From assembly GCF_004010195.1 (NCBI RefSeq), contig NC_057719.1:25473710-25530912 (forward strand): a DNA stretch of 57,203 nt. The letters run 5' to 3'. The stretch's first letter is position 1. Each line of letters opens with the position of its first letter. The position numbers were made by a program, and so were the translations under genes. This DNA is from Chiloscyllium plagiosum. Taxonomy: Eukaryota. Under the pieces are notes generated by a model, which saw only the letters and a program-made list of their open reading frames with translations, had not been told where the DNA came from and did no database searches. Below, in pieces: positions 12,940 through 26,439 of the stretch.

Positions 12940-13240
12940 ATCTTCCAAACCCAGGACTCATTTACACCTAGAAGGACAAAGGCTGCAAACATATGCGAAC
13001 ACCATCATTAGCAAGTTTTTCTCCAAGCCACTACCTATCCTAATTTACTACCATTGCTACAGTGTCACTGGGTCAAAATTCTGGAGATCCCTCCCTGACA
13101 GCATTTTGAGTCTACCAACAACACATGGACTGCAATAGTTCAAAGAAGTGGCTCACCACCACCTTCTCAAGGGCAACTAGGGATTGGTAAAATGGTAGCT
13201 CACAAGTGACACCCATATCTTATGAATGAATTTAGAAAAA
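12940..13240 (+). mobile_element. Old CR1/L2-group LINE 3' end
   Basis: ggactgca...gctcaccaccaccttctcaagggcaactaggga...aatgaat tail. Confidence 0.55.
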
Positions 13241-15858
13241 AACTAGAATGAATATATTTTCCATTTAAAATTCCATTTCATTGCTGGATTGGTCAATTTA
13301 GTACGAACTGCACTAAATAGAGGCACCCTCTAGAAATATTTCTGCAAAGCCCAGTATATTGAGTTTAGATATATGACCTTGAAACTGCCTCACGTGATCA
13401 TGAATGATTTGAGTGCAAGAAGTCAGTTTGTTGTATTATGTTATTAGATTCTACCATTGTGGTAATTACCTTTAAAAATAATTTCTCTTAAAAGTTATCT
13501 CACTTACAATAAAGATATAATCTTGATTCCCTTGCACTAATGCTTACTTTGTTTCATAAATTCCTTTACGAGAAATTTTCTTTAGATGAATTTCAGTGCA
13601 TTTCTTTTTCCTGTATGCCCTAACTATGAACCTGCATGAATAGTTTATTTAAGAACAACTTTAAAATATTAATCTGAAGTTGCTTGTATTTTACAGAGGC
13701 CTTGCTGGGCCCCCTAACAATAGGCCTTGTGTTGGTGGCTGAAGGCCAACTAAACTTCTGCAATGAACAAAGACCAGCTGACCCCATAACAGGTCAAGAT
13801 AAGATTTTCTGACAATCACTTTGTGTTGAGTTTTACATGTGTTTTGTGGTTTTTGCACACAATCCATGAAAGGGAACCTTGGCATCAGGAACATAATATA
13901 CAAGTTTTGTAAATCCAAAGAGCTGCTTTTAATCTCAACTCTCACATAATGCGAACATGTTGCACAAGCTAAGCTCTATATAAAAAAGGACTTTGAATGA
14001 AAGATAGTTACAGTGCATTGAAAGTGAATACATAATCGAGGAACTTTTTTGTGCTTTAATCAAACTGAAACCAAACTTTTGAATTATGCAAGTGTAAGTT
14101 TATCTGTCAACGATTCAGATATACAGGTATCCTATTCAAGTTAAACTAAATGTATACATTTAAGGTTTCAGTAAATAATCAGTCAGCAAGCTTTTCAGCT
14201 GCAAACAAAATCCATATTAATGAAAGAAACTGTAGACTGTAGGCATAGAATAGAATGGGTGAAAAGCAGAAACTTTGATTAAAAACTTGAGCTATTACTT
14301 TGAGAATAACAAGCCCAAGCATTAAAAGAATTTATATAGCAGCAGAACAACAACTGCTGAACAAATTGCATTTTTAACTTTTGAAGTGCTGCTGAGTGTG
14401 TTGAAGAGGTTAGTAAGCAAAGAAATGGCATATCCCTCAGAAGGATAATAGCAAACAAAATGGCAACTCAGTGTCTTCTTGCCTATTCAGTAATGTCAAT
14501 AGACCTGGGTGGGCCTTGGTTAAGAACTAACACAGGTGATATGTAGGAGAGTTAAGATGATACATTTATATCAAACAACTGATTTTAACTCAATTGGCCA
14601 GAAACCGGAATTGAATTTCTGAAAAAAATCTGATGTTTTAAAAAGTGACAAAATGTGTTGCACACATAATCAAGATGGTCAGCTAATTTGCATTACTGCG
14701 CCTTCCACATTCCAGCTCCAAAGATACAGGCAGTATATCTGCAAAGCCCAAAGGTTCAGAGAAATTTGAATGAATTAAATGTTCTTTCCCATCAGCACAA
14801 CATTAAGAAATAACACCTGGATGGAGACAAACTATGAAACCTAATTACTTGAACAACGACATCTTTCTAAGATGCCAACTTCCAAATCTGGATGTTATAA
14901 AGTTATAATTAGACTTATGTGCAGCAGATTTTAAGCAACAAACTCAATTCCACAGTTGCCTGCACAAGTATAAAGAGATCTTCCAGTTTTCTGCTGAGAA
15001 GAGATACCATCTGATTCAGCCTGAATTCTGCTGAGCAGCCTAATTACAGACTGTGAATCGATCCTTACTATGTGCACAAACCATGTATATTTTATTCCTT
15101 ACTTAGATTTATTTTAAAAAGAACATTTTTAAAAAAACAAACAATATCTGTTTTCATTGCTATTTTATGATCATTATGATCAAAGACCTAAGTACTCACA
15201 AAACAGGAAGGCATACATTTTTCAAATAAATTAATGCTGCATTCAAACAAAGAAAAATGAGAGAGCAAGAGGGGAACAATAGGTGCCTGCTCACCTGATC
15301 ATAAAGGATAAACCTGCAAAAGTTATAGCAAGATCTTGTTCCCATAGTTACAAACCTCAGTACCAGCAAAAAACTGCTGCTACATTTTACTTCTTATTCT
15401 GAAATTTATCTGTGGTTTTTAAACTTATGTATCAAACTCTAGGGGCAAGGCAAACCATTTAAAGCTCAAAACAATAAGCTGCTTACTTTGTATATTTTAT
15501 TTTCCCACTCTTGTGTAGAGGTTGAAAATATTGCATTCTGCATGTTTGCAATCCTACAGCAAATTAGAACTAATAGTGTTTGGTACATATTTGGTCATAA
15601 ATTTCTTGGATAAACATGAATAACTAAAATTCAAATGAACAATGCTGTTCCACACTTTTTCTCCCCTACTTTCAGTACACTTAATTCACATTCAGCCTCT
15701 TGTAATACAGATTAGGATATTGGACAGAAAAAGATATATGAGCATGAATGGACAACACTACGTTTATAACAACAGCAAAACTTTAGCTTGAGCTCTGCGA
15801 AAGGAAGATACCAATCCAACATTCATAATTTTACGTACCATGTACATGCTCCCAGCAG

Positions 15859-16072
15859 AGTCAAAAAGTGTGGCGTTGGAAAAGCACAGCAGGTCTGGCA
15901 ACATCCGAGAAGAGTCAACATTGTGGGCATAAGCCTTCCTGATGAATGTGTCATGCCGAAACCATCGACTCTCCTGCTCCTCAGATGCTGCCTGACCAGC
16001 TGTGCTTTTCCAATGCCTCACTTTTCCACTCTGATCGCCAGCATCTGGAGTCCTCACTTTCTCCGACTTGTG
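15859..16072. mobile_element. Short Penelope-derived fold-back insert
   Basis: Same inverted arms, central ctgatga...ccgaaac; flanking repeat cccagcag. Confidence 0.78.
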
Positions 16073-16849
16073 CCCAGCAGCAATGAATTCAAAACCCTGT
16101 GCAAGCCAGCCTCCTTTTTCAGCTTTCATTCCTAGTCAAAACTATCTTAAATTGGTATATTTTAGAATCAATCAGTATAGACTTTTCCAGTCGCATTACA
16201 GTCCAGAACTGACAGGAACTTGAAACACAGCTAGATCTCTTGCCAATTTTATTGGGCACAGTAAAGACTTAAACAGGACAGAATGGGTATTTGAACAGGG
16301 AAACAAACAAGGACAAACTACCTTCAATTCTGCACACTAGAGTAAAGAAAGTGAGTTTATGTAGGCACATTATAAAGATTCAGAATTTATTCTTTTGTGC
16401 ATCCTTATTGTCCTTCAGCCTGCATTTTCCAACTACACTTCTCATGGCTATGCTGTTCTTAGCAGATATTACATTCAAAACAGGCTGAAAGCAATGTTAC
16501 TCAATATTACAACAATTTGAATGGCCATATAATGCATAGGCCAACTTTCTCTGGACACCATGGTGTGTGTGGGGGTTGTGGACAGGAAAAGAGAAATCCA
16601 TACTTTGGACGTAAATACAATCACTGCCAGTACACAATCATAGGCAGTACAAAAAAAAAAATCAGTTTTGTAAATGGTACCCATCTAGCCATTGGGATTA
16701 ATAGCAGCAGCTATGGGAGTAACAGAGCCAGAAGTCATGTGGTGGTAGCAGGATGTAAGTCTGAATTAGAGCAGTAGCAGAGGCTTGAAAAGATGAAGTT
16801 GACCCACAGGTGATCTAATATGCTGCTAGCATAGATAACTTAAAGCAGA

Positions 16850-19800
16850 CTTGATAAAGAGAACTTAAGGTGAAGGAACCCTTAGGAGGCAGGGATCATA
16901 ATATGATTGAATTTACTCTGCAATTTGAGAGGGAGAAGATAGAATCAGAGGTAATGGTATTACAGCTGAATAAAGGCAACCACAGAGGCATGGGGGAGGA
17001 GCTAGATAGAATTGACTGGGAGATGAGCCAAGCAGGAAAGACAGTGGAACAGCAATAGCAGGAGTTGCTGGGAGTAATTCAGGAGACACAGCAAAGATTC
17101 ACCCCGAGGAAAGAGAAGCATGGTACAGGGAGGATGAGGCAAGCCTGGCTGACCAGGGGAGTCAGGGGTAGCAGAAAAGCAAAAGAGAAAGTAGATAATG
17201 TGGTGAAGGGCAGTGGGAAACCAGGGATTTGGGAAGCTTATAAAGTCCAACAAAAAAATGAAGAGGGGAGGGTAAGCTAGTCAGTAATATAAAGGTAGAC
17301 TGTAAGAGTTCTTTAGATATATAAAAAGGACAAAAAAAAGTGGACATTGGGCCACTGGAAAACGATCACTGGAGAGATAGTAGTGGAGAACAAGGAACTG
17401 GCTAAGGAACTGAATAATTACTTTGTGTCAGTCTTCACAGTGGAAGACACGAGTAACATCCCAAAAATTCAAGAGAGTGAGGGACAAAGCTGTGAATGTT
17501 GGCCATCACCAAGGAGAAAATACTAGAAGAGCTGAATGGCCTGAAGGTGAAGAAATCACCTGGCCCAGATGGACTACATCTGAGAGTTCTTAGGGAGATA
17601 GCTGAAGAGACGGTGGAGGCTTTAGCTTCCAGAGGACTGGAAAATTGCCAACATGTCACCCCGGTTTAAAAAGGGAATAAAGCAAAAGATGTAAAATTAT
17701 AAATCAATTAACCTAACCTCTGTCGTGGGCAAAATTCTGCAATCCATTGTGAAGGATAAGATTTCTGAATACTTGGAAGTGTGTGGCAAAATAGGGCAAA
17801 GTCAGCATGGTTTCATCAGGGGTAGGTCATGCCTGACAAATCTGCTGCAATTCTTTGAGAAATTGTGGGAGTTTCGAGTTTTACTGAGGATTAAATCTGC
17901 AATAAGCATAGTTGGTTGCGAATCTTTTTGGATCGAATGGTTTGGTTGGAGCGACAGTTAGAGGCAATGAGAAATTTACAAGAGCAAGGGGATGTGATGG
18001 ATGGCAGTTAAAGGAAGGGAGAAAAGCTGCAGATACAGTTACATAGATGGGTTAATTCCAGAAAAGATAGGAATGGTAGGAAGGTAGTTCAGGAGCCTTC
18101 TGTGGCTATCCTCATTTCAAATAAGTATGCTGCTTTGGAAAATGTAGGGGTGATGGATTCTCAGGGGAATGTAGCACGAACAGCCAAGTTTCTAGTATCA
18201 AGACAGGCTCCAATGTAATGAGGGGGACGTCGGGTTCCAAGTAATTGATTGTGTCGGGGACTCTCTAGTCAGAGGCACAGACAGACATTTCAGCAGCGGG
18301 AAATTGGTATGGTGTATTGCCTCCCTGATTCAAGGTCAAGGATTGATAAATTAACTGCAGTTATTTCAATGCAAGAGGCCTAACAGGGAAGGCGGATGAA
18401 CTCAGGGCATGATTAGGAACACGGGACTGGAAATATCACAGCAATTACAGAAACGTGGCTCAGGGATGGACAGGACTGGCAGCTTAATGTTCCAGGATGC
18501 AAATGCTACAGGAAGGATAGAAAGGGAGGCAAGAGAGAAGGGGGAAGTGGCGTTTTTGATAAGTACAACTGTAACACTTAGGGAGGATATTTCCAGAAAT
18601 ACACCCAGGGAAGTTATTTGGGTGGAACTGAGAAATAGGGAAGGGATGATTACCTTATTAGCATATTATAGACCCCCCTAATAGTTAGCAGGAAATTGAG
18701 AAACAAATTTCTAAGGAGATTTCAATTATCTGTAAGAACAATAGGGTGGTAATGGTAGGGAATTTTAACTTTCCAAACATTGACTGGGACTGCCATAGTG
18801 TTAAGGGTTTAGACGGAGATGAATTTGTTAAGTGCGTACAAGAACATTTTCTGATTCAGTATGTGGATGTAGCTACTAGAGAAGGTGCAAAACTTGACCT
18901 ATTCTTGGGAAATAAGGCAGGGCAGGTGACTGAGGTGTCAGTGGGGGAACACTTTGGGGCCTGCAACCATAATTCTATTAGTTTTAAAATAGTGATGGAA
19001 AAGGATAGACCCGATTTAAAAGTTGAAGTTCTAAATTGGAATAAGGCCAATTTTGATGGTATTAGGCAAGAACTTTTAAAAGATGAACGGGGGCAGATGT
19101 TCGCAGGTAAAGGGACAGCTGAAAAATGGGAAGCCTTCAGAAATGAGATAACGAGAGTCCAGAGACAGTATGTTCCTGTTAGGATGAAAGGAAAGGCTGG
19201 TAGNNNNNNNNNNNNNNNNNNNNNNNNNNNNNNNNNNNNNNNNNNNNNNNNNNNNNNNNNNNNNNNNNNNNNNNNNNNNNNNNNNNNNNNNNNNNNNNNN
19301 NNNNNNNNNNNNNNNNNNNNNNNNNNNNNNNNNNNNNNNNNNNNNNNNNNNNNNNNNNNNNNNNNNNNNNNNNNNNNNNNNNNNNNNNNNNNNNNNNNNN
19401 NNNNNNNNNNNNNNNNNNNNNNNNNNNNNNNNNNNNNNNNNNNNNNNNNNNNNNNNNNNNNNNNNNNNNNNNNNNNNNNNNNNNNNNNNNNNNNNNNNNN
19501 NNNNNNNNNNNNNNNNNNNNNNNNNNNNNNNNNNNNNNNNNNNNNNNNNNNNNNNNNNNNNNNNNNNNNNNNNNNNNNNNNNNNNNNNNNNNNNNNNNNN
19601 NNNNNNNNNNNNNNNNNNNNNNNNNNNNNNNNNNNNNNNNNNNNNNNNNNNNNNNNNNNNNNNNNNNNNNNNNNNNNNNNNNNNNNNNNNNNNNNNNNNN
19701 NNNGATCTATATGGACTTCAGTAAGGCGTTCGACAAAGGTCCCCATGGGAAACTGGTTAGAAAGGTTAGATCTCGTGGAATACAGGGAGACCTAACCATT

Positions 19801-21260
19801 AGGATACAGAACTGGCTCGAAGGTAGAAGACAGAGGGTGGTGGTGGAGGGTGGTTTTTCAGACTGGAGGCCTGTGACCAGAACAAGGATTGGTGCTGGGT
19901 CCACTACTTTCCATCATGTATATAAATGATTTGGATGTGAACAATGGAGGTATAGTTAGTAACTTTGCAGATGACACCAAAATTGGAGGTGTAGTGGGCA
20001 GCAAAGAAGGTTACCTCAGATCACAACGGGATCTTGATCAGATGGGCCAATGGGCTGAGGAGTGGCAGATGGAGTTTAATTTAGATAAATGTGAGGTAAT
20101 GCATGTGAGGAAAACAAGTCTTAGCAGGATTAATACACTTAATGGTAAGGTCCTAGGGAGTGTTGCTGAACAAACAGACCTTGAAAGTAGAGTTGCAGGT
20201 GGATAGGATAGTGAAGACGGCATTTGGTATGCTTTCCTTTATTGGTCACAGTATTGAGTACAGGAGTTGGGAGGTCATGTTGCAGCTGCACAGGACATTG
20301 GTTAGACTTTTGAATATTTTGGAATTGCGTGCAATTCTGGTCTCCTTCCTATCAGAAGGATGTTGTGAAACTTGAAAGGCTTCCTAAAAGATTTACAAGG
20401 ATGTTGCCAGGATTGGAGGATTTGAGCTACAGGGAGGCTTCAGAAGGATTTAGACATGTTTGGAGAGTGGGCAAAGAAGTAACAGATGGAGTGCAATGTG
20501 GGAAAGTGTGAGGACATGCACCTTGGTAGGAAGAATAGAGACATGAACTATTTTCTAAATGGGGAGAAAATTCAGAAGTCTGAAGTGCCAAGAGACTTGG
20601 GAGTTCTAATCCAGATGCTGTCAAGGTAACTTGCAGGTTGAGTCAGTAGTTAGGAAGGCAAATTCAACAATTGGATTTATTTTGAGGACTTAAATGAAAA
20701 AAGCAGGGATGTATTTCTGAGGCTCTATACTGCTCTGGTCAGACTACTTATGGAGTATTGTGCACTGTTATGGGCCCCATATCTCAGGATGGATGTACTG
20801 GCCCTAGAGCGTGTTCAGAGGATGGTCACGAGAATAGTCCTAGAAATGAATAGCTTAACGTATGAGAAACGTTTGAAAACTCTGGGTCTATCCTCAGTTG
20901 AATTTAGGAGGATGATGGGGGATCTAATTGAAACATACAGAATACTGAATGGCCTGGACAGAGTAGATGTTGGGAAAATGTTTCCAACGGTTGGAGATAC
21001 TAGGACCCGAGGACATAGCCCTACAGTAAAGAGAAGACCTTTTAGAATAGAGATAAGGAGAAACTTCTTCAGCCAGAGAGTGGTGAATCTATGGAATTCA
21101 TTGCCACAGAAGGCTGTGGAGGCCAGGTCATTGAGTATGTTTAAGAATAAGACAGTTAGGTTCTTGAGTATCAAGGAGTTAGAGGGGTACAGGGAGAAAG
21201 CGAATGGATGGATTTGAGAAACTTTTCAGCAATTTCTGCTCCTATGTTTTATGGCTTATC
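16850..21260 (+). mobile_element. Nested CR1 LINEs: outer about 16850-17860 plus 20430-21260; inner about 17861-20430 with a 500-N gap
   Basis: Outer DHNMIEF, SQHGFIRGRSCLTNLL, FFSQRVVNLWNSLP; inner ORF1 remnant, GNFNFPNIDW, MDFSKAFD, FADDTK, same family as 1042-2640. Confidence 0.88.
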
Positions 21261-21384
21261 ATCTTTAGCACGATGTATCTAAACTGGTTCCCATGGGCTT
21301 AAATTAAAATCAAAATCTAAATGTCGAGACATAGCATCAACCAAAATCAGACGTACATTGTAACTAGTAAAAGAATGAACTCAC

Positions 21385-21448
21385 CATATAAATAATTACA
21401 AATACCCTTGCAATTGGATATCGCCTCAGAAAAATTCCTAACCGGATG
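21385..21448 (-). CDS. golga5: Golgin-84, coding exon 11 (start of TM anchor)
   Basis: ttacag|C then IRLGIFLRRYPIARVFVIIYM|gtgagt; 64 nt, phase 2 to 0. Confidence 0.96.
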
Positions 21449-21595
21449 CTGTAAAAGATATGAGACATTATTTCCACTGCCATCACAAGACAGAAACAAA
21501 TCAAATACATATGAAAGAAAAGACAAATTTACATATCCTAATCACAATTACATTTTGTAAATGAAAGGTCTAAGCAACAATCAGCAGAAATTTAC

Positions 21596-21701
21596 CTGAA
21601 TCGGTCTATTGTATTTGCTGCTTTTCGGACTTTCCCATACATTCCTGCTGTAGTACTGTCTGTTTCACTGAAAAGAACTGGAACGCTCCTCATACGAGCA
21701 C
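21596..21701 (-). CDS. golga5: Golgin-84, coding exon 10
   Basis: cccag|GT then ARMRSVPVLFSETDSTTAGMYGKVRKAANTIDRF AG|gtaaat; 106 nt, phase 1 to 2. Confidence 0.96.
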
Positions 21702-23398
21702 CTGGGTCAAGTACAATACACTCATCAAGTATTTCATCAATTCACAGATGCATATGTTTCTCTCAAGCAAATGGACATGAGAAATCTTGGCCCAATATTT
21801 TGTGGCTAACCAAAAATATTACACTGTTTGCTGCTAATTTCAAACAAATGAGCTCATTAAAAAGACCTTGCAACTGTAGCATGGACTTCACTGTTCCTGT
21901 CATTTAATTCTGGCTCAACTAGAGGATCACCAATATGTAGCAATAATGAATCAAGGAGGCTTAGAAGCTAGCCACACTGAAGCATGGCGTGAAGCAGATA
22001 ATAAAAAGCACTGATTATTCTTCATTTTTCTAGAAGTTTTATGGATTGCAAAATTAAGATTTGGCATGCACATGGGATTAGCTAAGGTAAAATATCAAAC
22101 TTTAGGATATTTTAAGTATTTACGTAATCATAATGGGGACATGTGATGTTAAATGATAAAATTAAACTTTCAGAACCGGAGAGGCTATTCCACATCATTT
22201 ATCAAGTTGCCAGAAAGCCCAATTAGACCTTTTAAAACATGCACATTTTTCCAGCAAGACAAAGCAGCACAAGTAAAACTTCCTGGCAATTCAAGTGATT
22301 TTTACAATTTCCATCTGTGATTGCTACAACTGTACAGCTTATGGAAGAATAGAAAATCAGTGACAGCAATTTAATGGTGAGCACGTGATGTCAGAAGTTG
22401 CAATCTGTTTCAGAGCACTTAGTGAAAACTGACGGTTCTACTGTCATTACGACAGCAAAATAGCACTTGTTATCCAAATAGTAAATCAAAACAACACCCT
22501 ATACAGTAATGTCATGCTCTAATCATTATTCTGACACACAAATAATTAAAGTTTTAACAGTTGCATAAAATCTTAAACAAACATGATTGCAGATAATGTA
22601 TCAGGAACAAAATTATAATTCTTATTCTACTAAAGGACCTGGATTACAAAGAAGGATAAATTATACTATTTTTGACACGAGATTCACATCATGAACCCAC
22701 TCCCAACTGAAAATCAATGACTATTACATAACCAAGTCCAGAGCCAAACTGATTTTCTACTGGAAATAAATGCAAGTTTGTTAAACAGCACCACAAAAAT
22801 ATCTAAGACTATTTTAAGTTAACTGTGTACCTTCTGCTACCACACTGGCACAGAAATTTGGTATCTTAAGTATCAACAATGCGTGTCGAGAACTGGAAGC
22901 TGACTCTCCAAATATGTGCAAGTGCACTGCCATCAATTTGCTTCTCCACTCTCCTCTGACCGCTCCTACTTCATACAATGATCCATTCCATTTGCTGTCA
23001 AGCTCCAGGTCCCTCACTGCCTTCCTCCCACCTGATACCTTGCTCTCAGCAATAGTGAAGAGCAAGTAACAGGATGGTGAGGCAGTGTGGGAGCAGGATC
23101 AGGGTGTTGGAAGTGGTTGCAATGGGGCAGTGAATAAATCACATAACCTCATTTTAAAATAATTTAAAATACTTGGAAAACATTCATTTTATTGTTGGTA
23201 TTCTCTGACAGTGAACTCACCGTGGAGCCACTAGCAGTGATGTCACAAGCACTGGGACAGAACGTGCTCCATACAGGTGAATTGATTAAAACTGCATTTG
23301 TTGTCAAAGACTTCATCTCAGGCTATCTTCCAGCCTCTCAATCCTAAACAACGAGTTTTCTACAGTAGCTCCCAGCACTGAAAGTTGTACTTGCTTAC

Positions 23399-23621
23399 CT
23401 TCATTATTTTCCAATAATGATACGTTAACAGCAGGGCCATTAACACTGCTTCCCTGTACACTCTTGAGCTGTTGCTCGAGGCGTTCCAATTGGAAGACAA
23501 GTGAGTTCTTCTCTGTACTGAGGGCCTCCAACATGGTCTGTTTCTGGATCAAAGTCTCAGTCAATTGGTGAAGTCGGTTTTCCAGTTCAGCGTGGCTATT
23601 ACTCATGGCTTTGTTTGTGAG
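23399..23621 (-). CDS. golga5: Golgin-84, coding exon 9
   Basis: ccttcag|LTNKAMSNSHAELENRLHQLTETLIQKQTMLE...NNE G|gtaagc; 223 nt, phase 0 to 1. Confidence 0.96.
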
Positions 23622-24360
23622 CTGAAGGTTTTTTTGAAAATGACAAAACACAGCATGAAATAATCACAGATGCTTATAATACAGAAAAAAATGGAACAAT
23701 CAAAGCCTACCTAGATAGGTAGTTTTTTGAACAGTTATGGAATTAAGGGTTATGGTGAGGTAAGTGGAAGTGAGGCCACGAAAATGATCTTTATTGAATG
23801 GCAGAGCAGGCTCAACAGGCCGCATGCCTATTCCTGTTCCTATTTCTTATGTTCCTATGTACTTTATTCCAATTCAAAATTATACCCACCTGCTTTCCAC
23901 ATAAGGTGATTAGCTGTAGACCTTGAGAAACCACAGCATCGCTCTGTTCATTAAATAGCTTGAGAATGACACTCCACACCAAAGCAAGGCAAGGAGACAG
24001 AAATATCATAGCCCACTCAGGGAATGAACCCAAGTCGTTGGCACCATCCTGCATTATACACCAGCCAACTGCTTTCTTACCTATATTCATACTTTTTTTG
24101 GCTTCAATATAAATTTGCTTTGCCCTGAATTAAAGTTCTGGTATATACTTTAACCACTCCCAGTGTAATAAAGCACAACATTAATAGTTAAAAATGCACT
24201 TATTTCTTTATGGTGAATTATATGCACTTAGCATGTGTGTCTGTGATTGGCAATAATATCTTCATAGTTGTACCACATCTCACCACCTATTTTTCTGCAG
24301 CCTACCATTATTCTGTATATAAAAATTAATATTTTTGAAAGGAGACTATCTCCTGTACAG

Positions 24361-25015
24361 GGTGGCATGGTGGCTCAGTGGTTTGCACTGCTGCCTCACA
24401 GCTCTAAGGACTCAGGCTCAATTCCAGCCTCATGCGACTGTCTGTATGGAGTTTGCACATTCTCCCCGTGTCTGCATGGGTTTCCTCCGGATGCTCTGGT
24501 TTCCTCCCACAATCCAAAGATGTGCAGGTTAGGTGAATTGGCCATACTAAATTGCCCACAGTGTTAGGTGCATTAGTCAGGGATAAATGTAGGGTCGCAG
24601 AATGGGTCTGGGTGGGTTACTCTTTGGAGGGTCAGTGTTTACTTATAGAGTCATAGAGATGTACAGCATGGAAACAGACCCTTTGGTTCAACCCATCCAT
24701 GCCGACCAGATATCCCAACCCAATCTAGTCCCACCTGCCAGCACCCGGCCCATATCCCTCCAAACCCTTCCTATTCATATACCCATCCAAATGCCTCTTA
24801 AATGTTGCAATTGTACCAGCTTCCACCACATCCTCTGGCAGCTCATTCCATACATGTACCACCCTCTGCGTGAAAAAATTGCCCCTTAGGTCTCTTTTAT
24901 ATCTTTCCCCTCTCACCCTAAACCTATGCCCTCTAGGTCACCCCTGACCCCAGAGAAAAGACTTTTTCTATTTATCCTATATGGCCTGTTTCCATATTGT
25001 AGGTAATCTAATCTA
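24361..25015 (+). mobile_element. HE1-type tRNA-derived V-SINE interrupted by a minus-strand CR1 3' end (about 24645-24980)
   Basis: A box tggctcagtgg, V-domain-like gggtttcctccgg...gtttcctcccaca; tail taatctaatctaa resumes after the insert. Confidence 0.85.
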
Positions 25016-25471
25016 ACCCTTTCCTCCTGAATAGAAAATATCATAATTCGACTGAGTTTACTAAATCTCTTCACTGCGAGATTATCTTGTGATTTACGCG
25101 GTAGTGATCTTGACTTCCAAATGGAAGCTGTAAATTCATTTCAGGACAGCAGAAAATGTGACCTGCCCTTTTCCAGCAAAGGCAATGGTATCCTAGTCTC
25201 AAGACTTGCAACCTCCTCAACCCCAACATCACTTTCCATCAGCTTCCCACCTACAAAGTCAGTTCTTGAATCAATAGTTCCTTCCACTTTTTAACACTCA
25301 AGTCCCAGGTTCAAACATTCTCATTTTGAACGCCCAACTATAAACATGACAGGACGTTAATAGTAATATTCACTACATTAGAATTAACATGGATATACTT
25401 TGAAGCTGTGGAGGTAAACAATCATATTTCCCCCAAAAAAGGTGATACAAAACAGACAAGTGAAGTAGTAC

Positions 25472-25570
25472 CTGATTCCGAAGCTTCTGAATTTCCTCCT
25501 CTCGGTCCTTGATTCTAGACTGTAGTGTGTTCTTTGTCCTGTGCAGTTCCTCTTCGATGTATTGAAACTC
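25472..25570 (-). CDS. golga5: Golgin-84, coding exon 8
   Basis: ttatag|EFQYIEEELHRTKNTLQSRIKDREEEIQKLRNQ|gtacta; 99 nt, phase 0. Confidence 0.96.
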
Positions 25571-26310
25571 CTATAAATTCAAACCAGTGTGATAAACATA
25601 AGTCATTAAATAAAGTATGCAGAAGCTTCATTAGCCAACTTCTTCCACGTGGAAGCACCTCGTGTATGTTCTATCAGTCCGAGATAACTTCTTGACTTAT
25701 TGTCATATTCACGTCTAACAAATGTTACAAATTAGCACAATTTATTGAGACAAGCTCTTTCCCTTCCCAAGTAGTTCCCTAAAGTACCTCAGTCTAGTGA
25801 CACTTCACAAATTGGATTTTGATTCAGCCTATAAGCATTTGAAAGCTGCATTCTTGTCAGTTTTCCAGAAATGTGGGAAAACAGCAGCATAAGAAAAAGT
25901 GTGTGCCCATATCTGTATGTTTAGAAGTTTTACATTGGCAGCTCAAAGTTTGTAAAAAAAAAATTTAAAATCCATTTTACTTCATAATGCTAAAGAACTC
26001 TATTTACTAGTGAAAGACTAAATTGCTTTTGAAGCAATGATGTATAGCACCATCTAAATATTCAACTATATTAGAAATGTAAACTATATTTTTATTGACT
26101 GATTGATGCAGTTGTCTTGAATATCAATCTGTAGCTTTTCTAGAAATTTTACACTGCATAACTAAACAGATTTGCAGGGAGGTGCTATGTTTCAATATTT
26201 CAATACTCAATCATAATGCAGTGCATATTTGTGCCACAGAACAAGTCAAAATAATATAAATAGACAGCAACATTAATGTTAAGAACAGCTAGGAACAATT
26301 TATGTTTTGC

Positions 26311-26439
26311 CTGTTTCTGTCGGTCCAGTTCGGCCTCCAGCTCCTTTTTGGTTCCTGTTAGCGTGTTGATTTGTTCATGTAGTTCTTGTATTTGTTCCCT
26401 GGATGACTCTGCCTCACCCAATTGCTGTGTCTCTGTATC
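26311..26439 (-). CDS. golga5: Golgin-84, coding exon 7 (apparent GC donor)
   Basis: gacag|DTETQQLGEAESSREQIQ...ELDRQKQ|gcaaaa; 129 nt; 3' boundary set by homology (KQ|EF). Confidence 0.88.

Noticed and set aside
13300..15750. Repeat-poor stretch of the last intron as an alternative terminal exon or conserved element
   Set aside because: No ORF or motif support; needs cross-species alignment or RNA data
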